This document shows positions 1-12,365 of a stretch of DNA of 64,000 bases, piece after piece. Position 1 is the first letter of the stretch, and each line of letters opens with the position of its first letter. The notes beneath the pieces were generated by a model. It made no database searches. It was given only the letters and a program-made list of their open reading frames with translations, and had not been told where the DNA came from. The stretch spans positions 122,638,001-122,702,000 of the forward strand of contig NC_086097.1 in the NCBI RefSeq assembly GCF_963921235.1. The letters run 5' to 3'. The stretch comes from Mobula hypostoma (lineage: Eukaryota). A program made the translations under genes and the position numbers.

Positions 1-175
1 TCCCATATCCTCTTATGCCTTGATCTTTCCAGATGCTTTTTAATGTTGTCACTGTTCCTGCCTCCATGGCCTCTGGCTGCTCATCCCAGATACCAGGGAA
101 AAAAATACTCATTTCATCCACACTCAACTTCCTCCATATCTCTTTCAACCAATGCCGCCTGGCTTTAGACATTGG
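1..175 (-). mobile_element. Highly decayed CR1 LINE ORF2 C-terminal remnant
   Basis: Weak resemblance to the reverse complement of the CR1 3' coding ends elsewhere in the window (e.g. 57540-57760). Confidence 0.4.
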
Positions 176-189
176 CTTTGCGGTGAACT

Positions 190-441
190 GAGGATGTGGC
201 CTGCACCAGATGCAGTGATGCTTGGGTCCGTGTCTTCTTAAAACTTCAGTTTTGAAGGTAACTGCTTGCTGTTACTCTTTGCACGATTTGCTTTTTTTCC
301 TGTGCATTGGCTGGATGACAGTCTTCTTTTTAATAGGTTCTTTTGAGGTTTCTTTGTTTTGTGGCTGCCTGTAAAGAGACGAATCTCAAGGTTGTATAAT
401 GTATGCACACTTTGATAATAAATGTACTTTGAATTTTGAAC
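190..441 (+). mobile_element. 3' tail of a Rex1/Babar-type LINE or derived short element
   Basis: Ends in GAATCTCAAGGTTGTATA...TTTGATAATAAATGTACTTTGAATTTTGAAC. The same tail recurs at ~25190, ~41690 and ~43110, and on the - strand at ~12370 (joined to Rex-type coding sequence) and ~43470. Confidence 0.45.
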
Positions 442-904
442 TTCCTTACCATAGGAAACAGACTTTGACACTCCACACTCCATTTGCTTCTCCTAACTTT
501 ATATTCCCCTGTTATATCACCCTTCTGCTTTATATTTATTTTCTTTGCAGAGCTTTGCCAGGAATATCTGCCCATTAGCAGCTCTCTACTCCTGAATCCT
601 GGACCCCACCTTTGCTCTAAACTGTGTGTTAAAGATACTTTCCTGCGTCCCCCCACCCCCCCCCCCAACCCCGCTCCATGCTTGCCTCCCTTCAGCTATT
701 GTGTTTTCTAAAAATTGAAAATTGGAAAGTCAGGCTGACTGGGCTTAAACCTTTGTAGGCCTGGATCTCATCCTACTTAAATAGTCATCTTACCTCATGA
801 AAGTAGCACTTGGTCCCACACCCTGGTTATATCATGTGGGTGGGCTGAAAGTGACATGGATTTGGATTTGAGACTATTTTTAATTTAACCATTGCCACCC
901 CAAT

Positions 905-1405
905 TTTTAAGGGTGAAAGAGACACAGCATATCCAATCTTCTTTTATAATTCAAGCCTTTCAATCTGGGCATCATCATTGGGATTCTCTTCTGAACCCTC
1001 GTGAGCTTAATCCGAAACCTTCCTAAGTATGACAACCAGAACTGCGCCCAATATTCCATATGCAGCCTGAACAATGTCCCACATTTTACATTTAATGCAT
1101 TACAAATAAAAGCAAGCATGTCATATGCCTTCTTCACCACCACTCTTCCCATGTTGCTGCTTTCAGGGAACTATGTACTCGTACGTCAAGGTGCATCAAA
1201 TTCCCCATGTCACTGCCATTTCTGGTCTAGGTCAACTTCCCAAAATGCATCTTCTCACACTTGTCTGAGTTAAATTCCACCTGCCATTCCCTTGCCAACT
1301 TTCCCAGTTGCTTTAGATCCATTTGTAAACTCAGACAACTATCTTGTTTTGTCTACTATACCATTAGTTTGGGTGTCATCTCCAAACTTACTAATCATAT
1401 TCTCA
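905..1405 (-). mobile_element. Decayed CR1 ORF2 fragment
   Basis: VVKKAYDMLAFI...LFRLHMEYWAQFW and KFGDDTQTNGIVD match the CR1 RT and C-terminal motifs of the young copies. Confidence 0.75.
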
Positions 1406-1417
1406 CATGTTCTCAGC

Positions 1418-1961
1418 CATAAGACCATCAGACCTAAGAGCAGAATTAGGCTGTTCGGCCCATTGAGTCTGCTCCGCCAATCCATCATGACTGATATCAG
1501 ATCCCACTCAACCCATACACCTGCCTTCTCGCCATAACTTTTGATGCCCTGACCAATCAGAAAACGATTAACTTCTGCCTTAAATATACGCACCGACTTG
1601 GCCTTCATCACAGTCTGTAGAAGGGCATTCCACAGATTTACTACTCCCTGGCTAAAAAAATTCCTCCTTACCTCTGTTCTAAATGGGTCGCCCCTCAATT
1701 TTGAGGCTATGCTCTCTAGTTCTGGATTCACCACCAAAGGAAATATCCACTCCACATCCACCCTGTCTATTCCTTTCAATATTTGGTCGGTTTCAATGAG
1801 ATCCCTCTGCATTATTCTAAATTCCAGTGAATACAGGCCCAAAGCTGCCAAATGTTAACCCCTTCATTCCCAGAACCATCCTTGTGAACCTCCTCTGGAC
1901 TCTCTCCAGTAACAACACATCCTTTCTGAGATATGGGGCCCAAGGCTGTTGACAATACTTC
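1418..1961 (-). mobile_element. CR1 3' fragment with 3' UTR
   Basis: LGLYSLEFR...PFRTEVRRNFFSQGVVNLWNAL, followed by a 3' UTR hairpin and a TCTTATGG-type tail. Confidence 0.85.
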
Positions 1962-2758
1962 AAGCAACACACACACAATGCTAGAGGAACTCAGCAGGGT
2001 AGGCAGCATCTGTGGAAAAAAGTGAAGTCAACGTTTCGGGCCTTTGGCAGGACTGGAGGAAAAAAGATGAGGAGTAGATTTAAAAGATGAGGGAGGGGAG
2101 AGAAGTACATGGTGTCAGGTGAAACCAGGTGGGGGAGGGAAGAAGTAAAGAGCTAGGAAGTTGATTGGTGAAAGAGATAATGGGCTGGAGAAGGGAGAGT
2201 CCAATAGAAGGGAACAGAAAGCCATGGAAGAAGGAAAAGGGGAGACAGGTACCAGAAGGAGGTGATGGGCAACAAGGAGATAAGGTGAGAGAGGGAAAAG
2301 GAGATGGGGAATGGTGAAGGGGGGCATTATTGGAGGTTTGGGAAATAAATGTTCATGCCATCAGGTTAGATGCCTGGATATCCTTCAACCTGAAGGCATG
2401 AACAGTGATTTCTCAAACATCCAGTAATGCCCTATCCCTTCTCCAGTCCCCATCCCCTTTTCCCTCTCTCACCTTATCTCATTGCCTGCTCATCACCTCT
2501 CTCTGGTGCTCCTTGCCTTTTTCTTTCTTCCATGGCTTTCACTTCCCTTCTATCGGACTCCCCCTTCTCCAGCCCTGTATATTTTTCACCAATCAACTTC
2601 CCATCCCTTTACTTCATCCCTCCCTCTCCCAGTTTCACCTATCACCTTGTGTTTCTCTCTCCCCCTCCCCCATCTTTTAAATCTACTCATCTTCTTTTTC
2701 TCTAGTCCTGCCAAAGGGTCTCAGCCCAAAATGTTAACTGTACTTTTTTCCATGGATG
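1962..2758. mobile_element. Inverted pair of Penelope-like 3'/pseudo-LTR segments
   Basis: GA-rich - strand arm (1962-2370) and CT-rich + strand arm (2385-2758). Centre GTTCATGCCATCAGGTT...AACCTGAAGGCATGAAC is inverted. The arms match the sequence after the GIY-YIG remnant at 62737-63136. Confidence 0.65.
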
Positions 2759-3302
2759 TTTGGTCAGACCCCACTTGGAGTACTGTGTTCAGTTCTAGTC
2801 ACCTCATGACAGGAAGGATGTGGATACTATAGACAGAGAGCAGAGGAAATTTACAAGGATGTTAACTGGATTGGAGAGTGTGCCTTATGAGAATAGATTG
2901 AGTGTACTTGGCCTTTTCTCCTTGGAGTGACGGAGGATGACAGGTGACCTGATAGAGGTGTATAAGATGATGAGGGGCATTGATCATGTGGACAGCCAGG
3001 GGCTTTTTCCCAGGGATGAAATGGCTAATACGAGGGGGCATAGTTTTAATATGCTTGTAAATAGGTACCAAGGGGATGTCAGGATGAGTTTTTCACACAG
3101 AGAGTTGTTGTGGGTGCATGGAATGCACTGCTGGTAGTGGTGTGAAGCCAAATACAATAGGGTCTTTTAAGAGCTTCTTAGATAGGTACATGGAGTTTAG
3201 AAAAATAGTGGGCTATGTGGTAGGGAAATTCTAGGTAGTTTCTAGAGTAGGTTTCATGGTCAGCACAACATTGTGGGCCGAAGGGCCTGTAATATGCTGT
3301 AC
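2759..3302 (+). mobile_element. CR1 3' fragment
   Basis: GDLIEVYKMMRGIDHVDSQGLFPR...TRGHS, then 3' UTR GGGCCGAAGGGCCTGT. Confidence 0.8.
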
Positions 3303-3386
3303 TGGCCTGCTGAGTTCCTCTAGCATTTTGTGTGTGTTAATTGGATTTACTGCATCTGCAGATTTTATCTTGTTTGTGACAACACA

Positions 3387-6300
3387 TGGCCTGACCAGTG
3401 TCTTATAAATTCTCAATAATATCTCCTTGTTTTTATATTCTATTACCCTTGAAATGAATGCCAGCATTTCATTTGCTTTCTTTACCACAGACTCAACACA
3501 TAAATTAATCTTGTGGGAATTTTGCATAAGGACTCCTAAGTCCCTTTGCACCTCTGATGCTTGAATTTTCTCCCCATTTAGATAATAGTCTGCAATATTG
3601 TTCTTTTTCCAAAACGCATTTCCCAATATTGTATTCTATCTGCCACTCTTTTTGTCCATTCTTCCAATTTGTCTAAGTCCTTCTGTATCACATTGCTTCC
3701 TGAGAACTAGCAACCCCTCTAGCTATCTTTGTATCATCTGCAAACTTTGCCACAAAGCCATCAATTCCATTATCTGCATCATTGACAAGCAATGTGATAA
3801 GCAGCGGTCCCAATACTGACACCTGAGGAACACCACTAGTCACTGGCAACCAACCAGAAAAGGCCCCTTTTATTCCCACTCGCTGCCTCCTGCCTGTCAG
3901 TCATTCATCTGTCCATGTCGATATCCTTCCTATAATGCCTTGGGATTTCATTTTGTTAAGCAGCCTCATGTGTGGACACCTTATCAAATGCCTTCTGAAA
4001 ATCCAAGTCAATGCATTCCACTGCCTCTCCTTTGTCCACCCTACTTGTTACTTCCTCAAACAAACTCTAACAAATTTGACAGGCAAGATTTCCTTTTACA
4101 GAAACCATGGTGACTTTGATTTATTTTATCATTAGTCTCCAAGTACCCCAAAACCTCGTAGTTAATAATAGACTCCAACACTTTCCCAACGACTGAGGTT
4201 AGGCTAACTGGCCTATAATGTACCTTCTTAAGGAGTGGAGTGACATTTACAATTTTCCAATCCCCTGGAACCATGCCACGATCAAGCAATTCCTGAAAGA
4301 TCATGACCAATTCATCCGTTATCTCTACAGCAACCTCTCTCAGGACTCTGGGATGTAATTCATCTGGTCCAGGTGACTTATCCACCTTAAGATTTTTGAG
4401 TTTGGCTAGCATTTTGACATTTGTAATAGCAATGGCACTCACTCCTGCTCCCTGACACCCACAGACCTCTGACACATTGCTGGTGTCTTCTACAGTGAAG
4501 ATTGATGCAAAGATCTTATTAAGTTCATTAGTCATTTCTTTGTTCCCCTTTATTAGCCTACCAGCATCATTTTCCAGTGGTCTGTTTTCAACTCTCACCT
4601 CCCTTTTACTCTTTATATACTGAAAAAAAAGCTTTAGTATCCTGCTTTATATTATCTGCTAGTTTGCCTTCATATTTCCTGTATTTTCTTCATATGGTTT
4701 TTTAGTTGCCTTATGTTGAATTTTAAAAACTTCCCAATCATCCAACTTCCTACTCCACATTCTATGCTCTTTCCTTGGCTTTTATGCAGTCCTTAACTTC
4801 CTTTGTCAGCCATGGTTGCTTACCTCTCTGTGAGACAAATCTATCCTGTGCCTTGTGAACTATTCCCAGAAACTTCAGCCACCTCTGCTCTGCTGTCATC
4901 CCCGCCAGTATCCCCCCTCTAATCCACCTGATCAAGCTCCTCTAGAATTCCCTTTATTCCATTGCGACATTGATACATTTGACTTTTGCTTCTCCCTTGA
5001 ATTCAATCATATTATGATCACTGTCTCCTAAGGGTTCCTTTACCTTCAGCTCCCTAATAAAACTTGGATTATTACACAACACCTAATCTAAAATGGCCTT
5101 TCCTCAAGTAGGCTCAAGCACAAGCTGCTCTAAAAAGCCATCTTGTAGGCATTCAACAAATTCCCTCTCTTGTAATCTAACACCAACCTGATTTTCCCAA
5201 TCCCCTTGCATATTGAAGTCTCCAATTACAATTGTGTCATTACTTTTGTTATGTGCCTTCTCCAGCTCCCTTTGCAATCTGAACCCCACATCATGGCTAC
5301 TATCTGGACACCAATATATGATTTCCATAACGATTCTTCTACCTTTCCAGTTTCTAAACTCACCCACAAAGATTCAACGTTGTCTGACTCTATGTCACCT
5401 CTTTCTAAAGCTGTAGTTCCATCTCTTACCAACAGAGCCACACCACCACCTATGCCTTCCTGCCTGTCCTTTCAATACAAAGTATATCCTTTGATGTTAA
5501 GCTCCCAACTATGGCCTTCTTTCAGCCATGACTCAGTGATACCCACAACATCATACCAACCAATCTTTAATTGCACCATGAATTCATCCACCTTATTCTG
5601 AATGCTACGCACATTTAAACACAGCATTTTCAGTCCTGCATTCTTTGCCTTTTAAATTCTGCCTCTGTGGTACAATTTAACTCTTTACTCTGTCTATATT
5701 TGTATCCAATCATTGACTTGTTCTTCTTTACATTCATTTTACACCCATCTTCTACTTCTGAACTTAAAGAAGGGTAACTTTGAAGGTATGAGACGTGAAT
5801 TAGCTAAGATAGACTCGCAAATGACACTTAAGTGGTTGACGGTGGATATGCAATGGCAAGCATTTAAAGATCGCATGGATGAACTACAACAATTGTTCAT
5901 CCCAGTTTGGCAAAAGAATAAATCAAGGAAGGTAGTGCACCCGTGGCTGACAAGGGAAATTAGGGATAGTATCAATTCCAAAGAAGAAGCATACAAATTA
6001 GCCAGAAAAAGTGGCTCACCTGAGGACTGGGAGAAATTCAGAGTTCAGCAGAGGAGGACAAAGGGCTTAATTAGGAAGGGGAAAAAAGATTATGAGAGAA
6101 AACTGGCAGGGAACATAAAAACTGACTGTAAAAGCTTTTATAGATATGTGAAAAGAAAAAATATTGGTTAAGACAAATGTAGGTCCCCTACAGACAGAAA
6201 CAGGTGAATTGATTACGGGGAGCAAGGACATGGCAGACCAATTGAATAATTACTTTGGTTCTGTCTTCACTAAGGAGGACATAAATAACTTTCCGGAAAT

Positions 6301-8808
6301 AGTAAGGGACAGAGGGTCCAGTAAGATGGAGGAACTGAGCGAAATACATGTTAGTAGGGAAGTGGTGTTAGGTAAATTGAAAGGATTAAAGGCAGATAAA
6401 TCCCCAGGGCCAGATGGTCTGCATCCCAGAGTGCTTAAGGAAGTAGCCCAAGAAATAGTGGATGCATTAGTGATAATATTTCAAAACTCTTTAGATTCTG
6501 GACTAGATCCTGAAGATTGGAGGGTGGCTAATGTAACCCCACTTTTTAAAAAAGGAGGGAGAGAGAAACCAGGGAACTACAGACCGGTTAGCCTAACATC
6601 AGTGGTGGGGAAACTGCTAGAGTCAGTTATCAAAGATGTGATAACAGCACATTTGGAAAGCAGTGAAATCATCAGCCAAAGTCAGCATGGATTTGTGAAA
6701 GGAAAATCATGTCTGACGAATCTCATAGAATTTTTTGAGGATGTAACTAGTAGAGTGGATAGGGGAGAACCAGTGGATGTGGTATATTTGGATTTTCAAA
6801 AGGCTTTTGACAAGGTCCCACACAGGAGATTAGTGTGCAAACTTAAAGCACACAGTATTGTGTGGATAAAGAATTGGTTGGCAGACAGGAAGCAAAGAGC
6901 GGGAATAAATGGGACCTTTTCAGAATGGCAGGCAGTGATTAGTGGGGTGCCGCAAGGCTCAGTGCTGGGACCCCAGTTGTTTACAATATATATTAATGAC
7001 TTGGATGAGGGAATTAAATGCAGCATCTCCAAGTTTGTGGATGACACGAAGCTGGGCGGCAGTGTTAGCTGTGAGGAGGATGCTAAGAGGATGCAGGGTG
7101 ACTTGGATAGGTTAGGTGGGTGGGCAATATTCATGGCAGATGCAATTTAATGTGGATAAATGTGAAGTTATCCACTTTGGTGGCAAAAACAGGAAAACAG
7201 ATTATTATCTGAATGGTGGCCGATTAGGAAAAGGGGAGGTGCAACGAGACCTGGGTGTCATTATACACCAGTCATTGAAAGTGGGCATGTAGGTACAGCA
7301 GGCGGTGAAAAAGACGAATGGTATGCTGGCATTTACAGCAAGAGGATTCGAGTACAGGAGCAGGGAGGTACCTCTGCAGTTGTACAAGGCCCTGGTGAGA
7401 CCACACCTGGAGTATTGTGCGCAGATTTGGTCCCCTAATCTGAGGAAAAACATCCTTGCCATAGAGGGAGTACAAAGAAGGTTCACCAGATTGATTCCTG
7501 GGATGGCAGGACTTTCATATGAAGAAAGACTGGATGAACTGGGCTTGTACTCGTTGGAATTTAGAAGATTGAGGGGGGATCTGATTGAAACCTATAAAAT
7601 CCTAAAGGGATTGGACAGGCTAGATGCAGGAAGATTGTTCCCAATGTTGGGGAAGTCCAGAACAAGGGGTCACAGTTTGAGGATAAAGGGGAAGCCTTTT
7701 AGGACCTAGATTAGGAAAAACTTCTTCACACAGAGAGTGGTGAATCTGTGGAATTCTTTGCCACAGGAAACAGTTGAGGCCAGTTCATTGGCTATATTTA
7801 AGAGAGAGTTAGATATGGCCCTTGTGGCTAAAGGGATCAGGGGGTATGGAGGGAAGGCTGGTACAGCGTTCTGAATTGGATGATCAGCCATGATTATACT
7901 GAATGGCAGTGCAGGCTCGAAGGGCCGAATGGCCTACTCCTGCACATATTTTCTATGTTTCTATGTTTCTATGTAAACCTGCCGGCTCATCCTTAGCTCT
8001 ATCATACTGGTTCCCATCCCCCTGCCATATTAGTTTAAACCACTCCCAGCAGCTCTAGCCATCCTGCCTCAAGGTGCCCCTTGGATTCAAGTGCAATGCG
8101 TCCCTTTTGTACAGGTCACACCTGCCCCAGAAGAGGTCCCAATTTTCCAGAAATCTGAGTCCCTCCTTCCTACTCCAATTCTTCAGCCACACATTTATCT
8201 GCCACTTCAATCTATTCCTATCCTCACTGTCGCATGGCACAGACAGCAATCCCCAGATTACTACCCTTGAGGTCCTTCTTCTCAACTTCCTGTATTCTGT
8301 TTTCAGGACCGCCTCACTTTCTCTACCTATGTCGCTCATGCCGATATATACCACAACTTCTCACAGCTTACCCTCCCTTTTCAGGATATTATGGACGCAT
8401 CCGGAAACATCACGGACCCTGACACCTGGGAGGCAAACTACCATCCGTGTTTCTTTTTCATGTCCATGGAGTCAACTATCTGTCTTCCTAACTAGAGTCC
8501 CCTATTACTTCTGCCGTTCTCTTCAGTTCCGTGCCTTCTGAGTCACGGGGCCAGACTCAGTGCCAGAGGCCTCGCCCAGTTAGGTCCCCCCAACCTCCAA
8601 CTGTACTCAAAATGGAGTACTTATTGTTGAGGGAGACAGCCACAAGTGTTCTCTCCACTATCTGACATTCCCCCTTCCCTCTCTTGACAGTCACCTATTT
8701 ATCTGTCTCGTAGACTTGGGATGTCTACCTCCCTGTAACTCCTGTCTATCACCTCCTCACTTTCCCTGACAAGCCGAAGGTCATCCAGCTGCAGCTCCAG
8801 TTCCCTAA
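3387..8808 (-). mobile_element. Older CR1 LINE (partial ORF1 with SGNH esterase-like domain; ORF2 APE endonuclease and RT), interrupted by the young CR1 at 5756-7974
   Basis: ORF1: VRELELQLDDLRLV coiled coil and WDLFWGRCDLYKRDALHLNPRG. ORF2: IGDFNMQGDW, DKSPGPDELHPRVLRE, SGVPQVSVLGPLL, KFADDTK. Many stops and frameshifts; the flanks rejoin across the insertion. Confidence 0.9.
5756..7974 (+). mobile_element. Young CR1 copy A, 5'-truncated, ORF2 disrupted
   Basis: RT motifs (YLDFQKAFDKVPH, GVPQGSVLGP, KFVDD); frameshifts near 6165 and 7130; stops near 7290 and 7707; 3' hairpin and (TTTCTATG)n tail. Confidence 0.97.
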
Positions 8809-8908
8809 CATTATTACACAGAACCAATCATTATTACACAGTACAAATCATTATTACACAGTACAAATCATTATTACACAGTACAAATCATTATTACATA
8901 GTACAAAC
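8809..8908. repeat. Tandem repeat, 20-bp unit CATTATTACACAGTACAAAT x5
   Basis: Five consecutive units visible; first and last are slightly variant. Confidence 0.95.
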
Positions 8909-9139
8909 AACAGAGGGCCCTGAACTGATCTACTTATTACACTACTGGTCACCAGATTCCAATCTGGAAAGCAACCCTCCACTACCACCCTCTGTTTCTT
9001 CCCATCAAGCTAATTTTGTACCCAACTGAGTAGCCTCATCTGGATTTCATGCATTTTAGCCTTCTCCACCAGCCTACTATGTCTTGCTAAAGTCAATACA
9101 CACTGTCTACATCCCTGCCCTATCAATCCTTGCTCTACC

Positions 9140-9485
9140 TCTCTATCTAGCTGTCTGTCTTCCATGTGTCTGATGCCTGTCTGCTTGTCTATCTATCTGT
9201 CTGTCCGTTTTCTGTGTGTCCGACTGTTCATCTGCTTCTCTATTTTTTGTATCGATCTATCCATCTTTGTCTATCTCTCTCTATTTGTTTTCTGTGTCTG
9301 TCCACCTGTCTGTCTCTCTCTAGCTGTTTTCTATGTTTCTGTCTATTTGTCTATTTATCTACCTATCTATTTATCTATCTGCTGTCTGTCTGCCTGTCTG
9401 CCTGATTATCTATCTGTCTGTCTATTTTCTGCGAGTATGCCTATCTACCCATATAATCTGTCTATATATCTATCTAACTATCAGT
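9140..9485. repeat. Degenerate (TCTA/TCTG)n microsatellite
   Basis: Low-complexity TCTA/TCTG tract. Confidence 0.9.
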
Positions 9486-9744
9486 CTTTCTTTTCCTTCC
9501 TCTGGTGTACACTATTCTCAGTCCCATCACTCTTCGAGATGAATATAAACTACAATACATGCCGCCAGCTGTTTGCACCTTTCCAAACACTGTGCTTACA
9601 ATGTGACATCGTGTCATGCCAATTTTAAATTTTACATTCTGTCAAATAGCAATCAGATTCAAATAAATGTAAGTAAAATATGCAGATTAGGGCATGGTGT
9701 ACATATTATGTAGAAATGTGACTATCGGTGGATGCTATATATAA

Positions 9745-10070
9745 AAGATTATCTTTATTTATTTCATGTATATCAAAACATACAGTGAAGTGCATAGTTT
9801 TACATCAAACCAAATCAGTAAGGATTGTGCTTGGCAGCCCGCAAGTGTTGCCATGCTTCCAGCGTCAATATAGTATGCCCTCAGCTCACTAACCCTAACC
9901 TAACCATACGTCTTTGGAATGTGGGAGGAAACTGGAGCACCTGGAAGAAACCCATGTAGTCATGGGGAGAACATGAAATTTCCTTACAGATAGTGGTAGG
10001 ATTTGAACCCTGATCTTACAGCTGGCACTGTAAAAGCATGGCATTAACAGCTACACTAGTGTGCTGCACC
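9745..10070 (-). mobile_element. tRNA-derived V-SINE-like SINE
   Basis: Central TGTGGGAGGAAACTGGAGCACCTGGAAGAAACCC (reverse V-domain core) and a decayed tRNA-like head with B box. Paralogues at ~19440, 25640, 34340, 50650 and 53085. Confidence 0.7.
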
Positions 10071-10244
10071 ATACAGTTATCTAACTTTGCATGTCAAAAT
10101 TTTCTGAGTTACTCTTGGGCTTCTATTCATCGTAAATGAATAAACATCAAATGCAAATTTCTATGCAGGGATATAAAGTCCTCTGATGACTTAACTACAC
10201 AAAATGGAAAACCACAATGTAACATAGACTGAAAAGGTCTTGTA

Positions 10245-10900
10245 TTCAGTCAATTTCAAGTTCCTGGGTGTCAAGATCTCTAAGGATCTAACCTGATCCC
10301 AACATATCAATGCAGCTATAAGGAAAGCAATGCAGTGGCTATATTTCATTAGGCATTTGAAGAGATTTGGTTTGTCACCAAAAAAACACTCAGAACTTCT
10401 ACAAATGTACCTTGGAGAGCATTGTAACAGGTTGCATCACTGTCCAGTATGGGGGGGGGGTGGGGGGCCGGCTACTGCACAAGATTGAAAGAAGCTACAG
10501 AAAGTTGTAAAACTAGTTAGCTCCATCTTGAGTACTAGACTCCATAATATCCAAAATACCTTCAGGGAGTGATGCCTCAGAAAGTCAACGTCCATCATCA
10601 AGGATGCCCATCGCCCAGGACATGCCCTCTTCTCACTGTCACCATCAGGAAGGAAGTACAGAAGCTTGAAGCCACACATTCATCAGCTTCTTCCTCCTGC
10701 CATACAATTCCTAAATGGACATTGAACCCATGAACTCTATTTTTAACTTACTATTTAATATACATACATATATAAAACTGTAATTGATTTACTTACTTAT
10801 TTTTTCTATATTATCACTTATTACATTGTACTGCTGCTGCTAAGTTAACAGATTTCATGACATGTGCTGGTGATATTAAACCTGATTCTGATTCTGATTC
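10245..10900 (+). mobile_element. Rex1/Babar-clade LINE 3' fragment
   Basis: FKFLGVKISKDL...SIIKDAHRPGHALFSLSPSGRKYRSL C-terminal motif; (CTGATT)n tail. Confidence 0.8.
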
Positions 10901-11384
10901 AAGTTACCTCAGGTAACACACACAAAAGGTGGAGTAACTCAGTAAGTCAGGCAGCATCTATGGAGAGGAATAAAGAATCAATATTTACAATTGAGACAAT
11001 CTCTTGTGTTTACCTTAGATACATGTGCTTAGCTAGGCAATTATGCAAACAATTGATAGCAGCTCCCCTGTGAAAGGAAGGAAGGACAATCAACTCCAGC
11101 TTTTAATCTTGATTACCATACACTAACCAGCTTTGACCAGTACTTCATTATTTGTACAGATTTAACTTGGCTTTTCTACAATCGATGTTTCTTTCTAATA
11201 ATTGGTATTCATCCCCATATATAAAAGAGGGGTCAATATATTGGAGTGCAGAGTTTGAATCTGAGAGCTATTTTGGGAAGAGTAGAAGAGAAGGTTGAAA
11301 AGTGACCATGAAACCATACCAAGCCACAGGCAGGAAATGATCTTCTGTAAAGAAAATACAGAACACTGCTATTTTGGAAGAATA

Positions 11385-11957
11385 CACGCAGTGATCACTT
11401 TATTAGGTGCACCTGGACACCTGCTCATTAATGCAAATATCAAATCAGCCAATCATGTGGCAGCGACCCAATGCATAAAGTATACAGATATGTTCAAGAA
11501 GTTTAGTTATTTGTTCAGACCAAACATCAGAATGAGGAAAAAATGTGATCAAAGTGACTTTGACTGTGGAACAATTGTTGGTGCCTGACGGGGTGGTTTG
11601 AGTATCTCAGAAACTGATGATCTCCTGGGATTTTCATGCACAATAGTTTCCAGAATTTACAGAGAATGGTATGAAAAATTAAAGGGAAACATCCAGTGAG
11701 TGGCAGTTTTGTGGGTGAAAACACCTTGTTAATGAGAGAGGTTAGAGGAGAATGACTAGACTGGTTCAAACTGACAGGAAGGCGACAGTAACTCAAATAA
11801 TAATGCATTACATCAGTAGAGTGCAGAAGAGCATCTATGAATGCACAACATGTTGAACCTTGAAGTGGATGGGTAACAGCAGCACAAGACCACTAACATA
11901 CAATCAGTGGGCACCTCATTGGGTTAAAGAGGTACCTAATAAAGTGGCCACTGAACG
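11385..11957 (+). mobile_element. Non-autonomous Tc1-like element keeping only the transposase N-terminal DNA-binding region
   Basis: TA-flanked TIRs of type CACTCAGTGGCCACTTTATTAGGTAC; decayed MRKKCDQSDFDCGTIVGA...KWMGNSSTRP. Confidence 0.85.
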
Positions 11958-12365
11958 TAAGAGGCTTCGGATGCGGCATTCTGGAGCTAAAACTGAGTTG
12001 CAGGAGCAATTCAGTGGGACAGGCAGCATCTGTGACCGATATTGCCACTACTTCTCCAAGGATCATTGACTTGTCGTGGTGGAGAGGCTTGTGAGTTCAG
12101 CCATCCTGAGGGTGAAGGGTCTGGAGTTTAGCACCTTGTTGGGTCACCCATGGTGGTAATGTCAAGGGGAAGGCTCGATATCAATGGTTCAGACACTGGG
12201 ATGAAATCCAGATCCATTGGAGTTGATCACTCTGGAAAAGCAACCTAGAAAATCTGTTACAGGGTTGAGGGGTGTGAGTAGATCTGTGATCCCCTATTAA
12301 GGAGCTATTGCCCAGAATTTAAAACCAAAAGACTAATAAGTTGCGCTTCATGCAATCAAAGGATT

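Noticed and set aside
9164..9628. Hydrophobic membrane-protein-like ORFs
   Set aside because: Translation of the TCTA/TCTG microsatellite.
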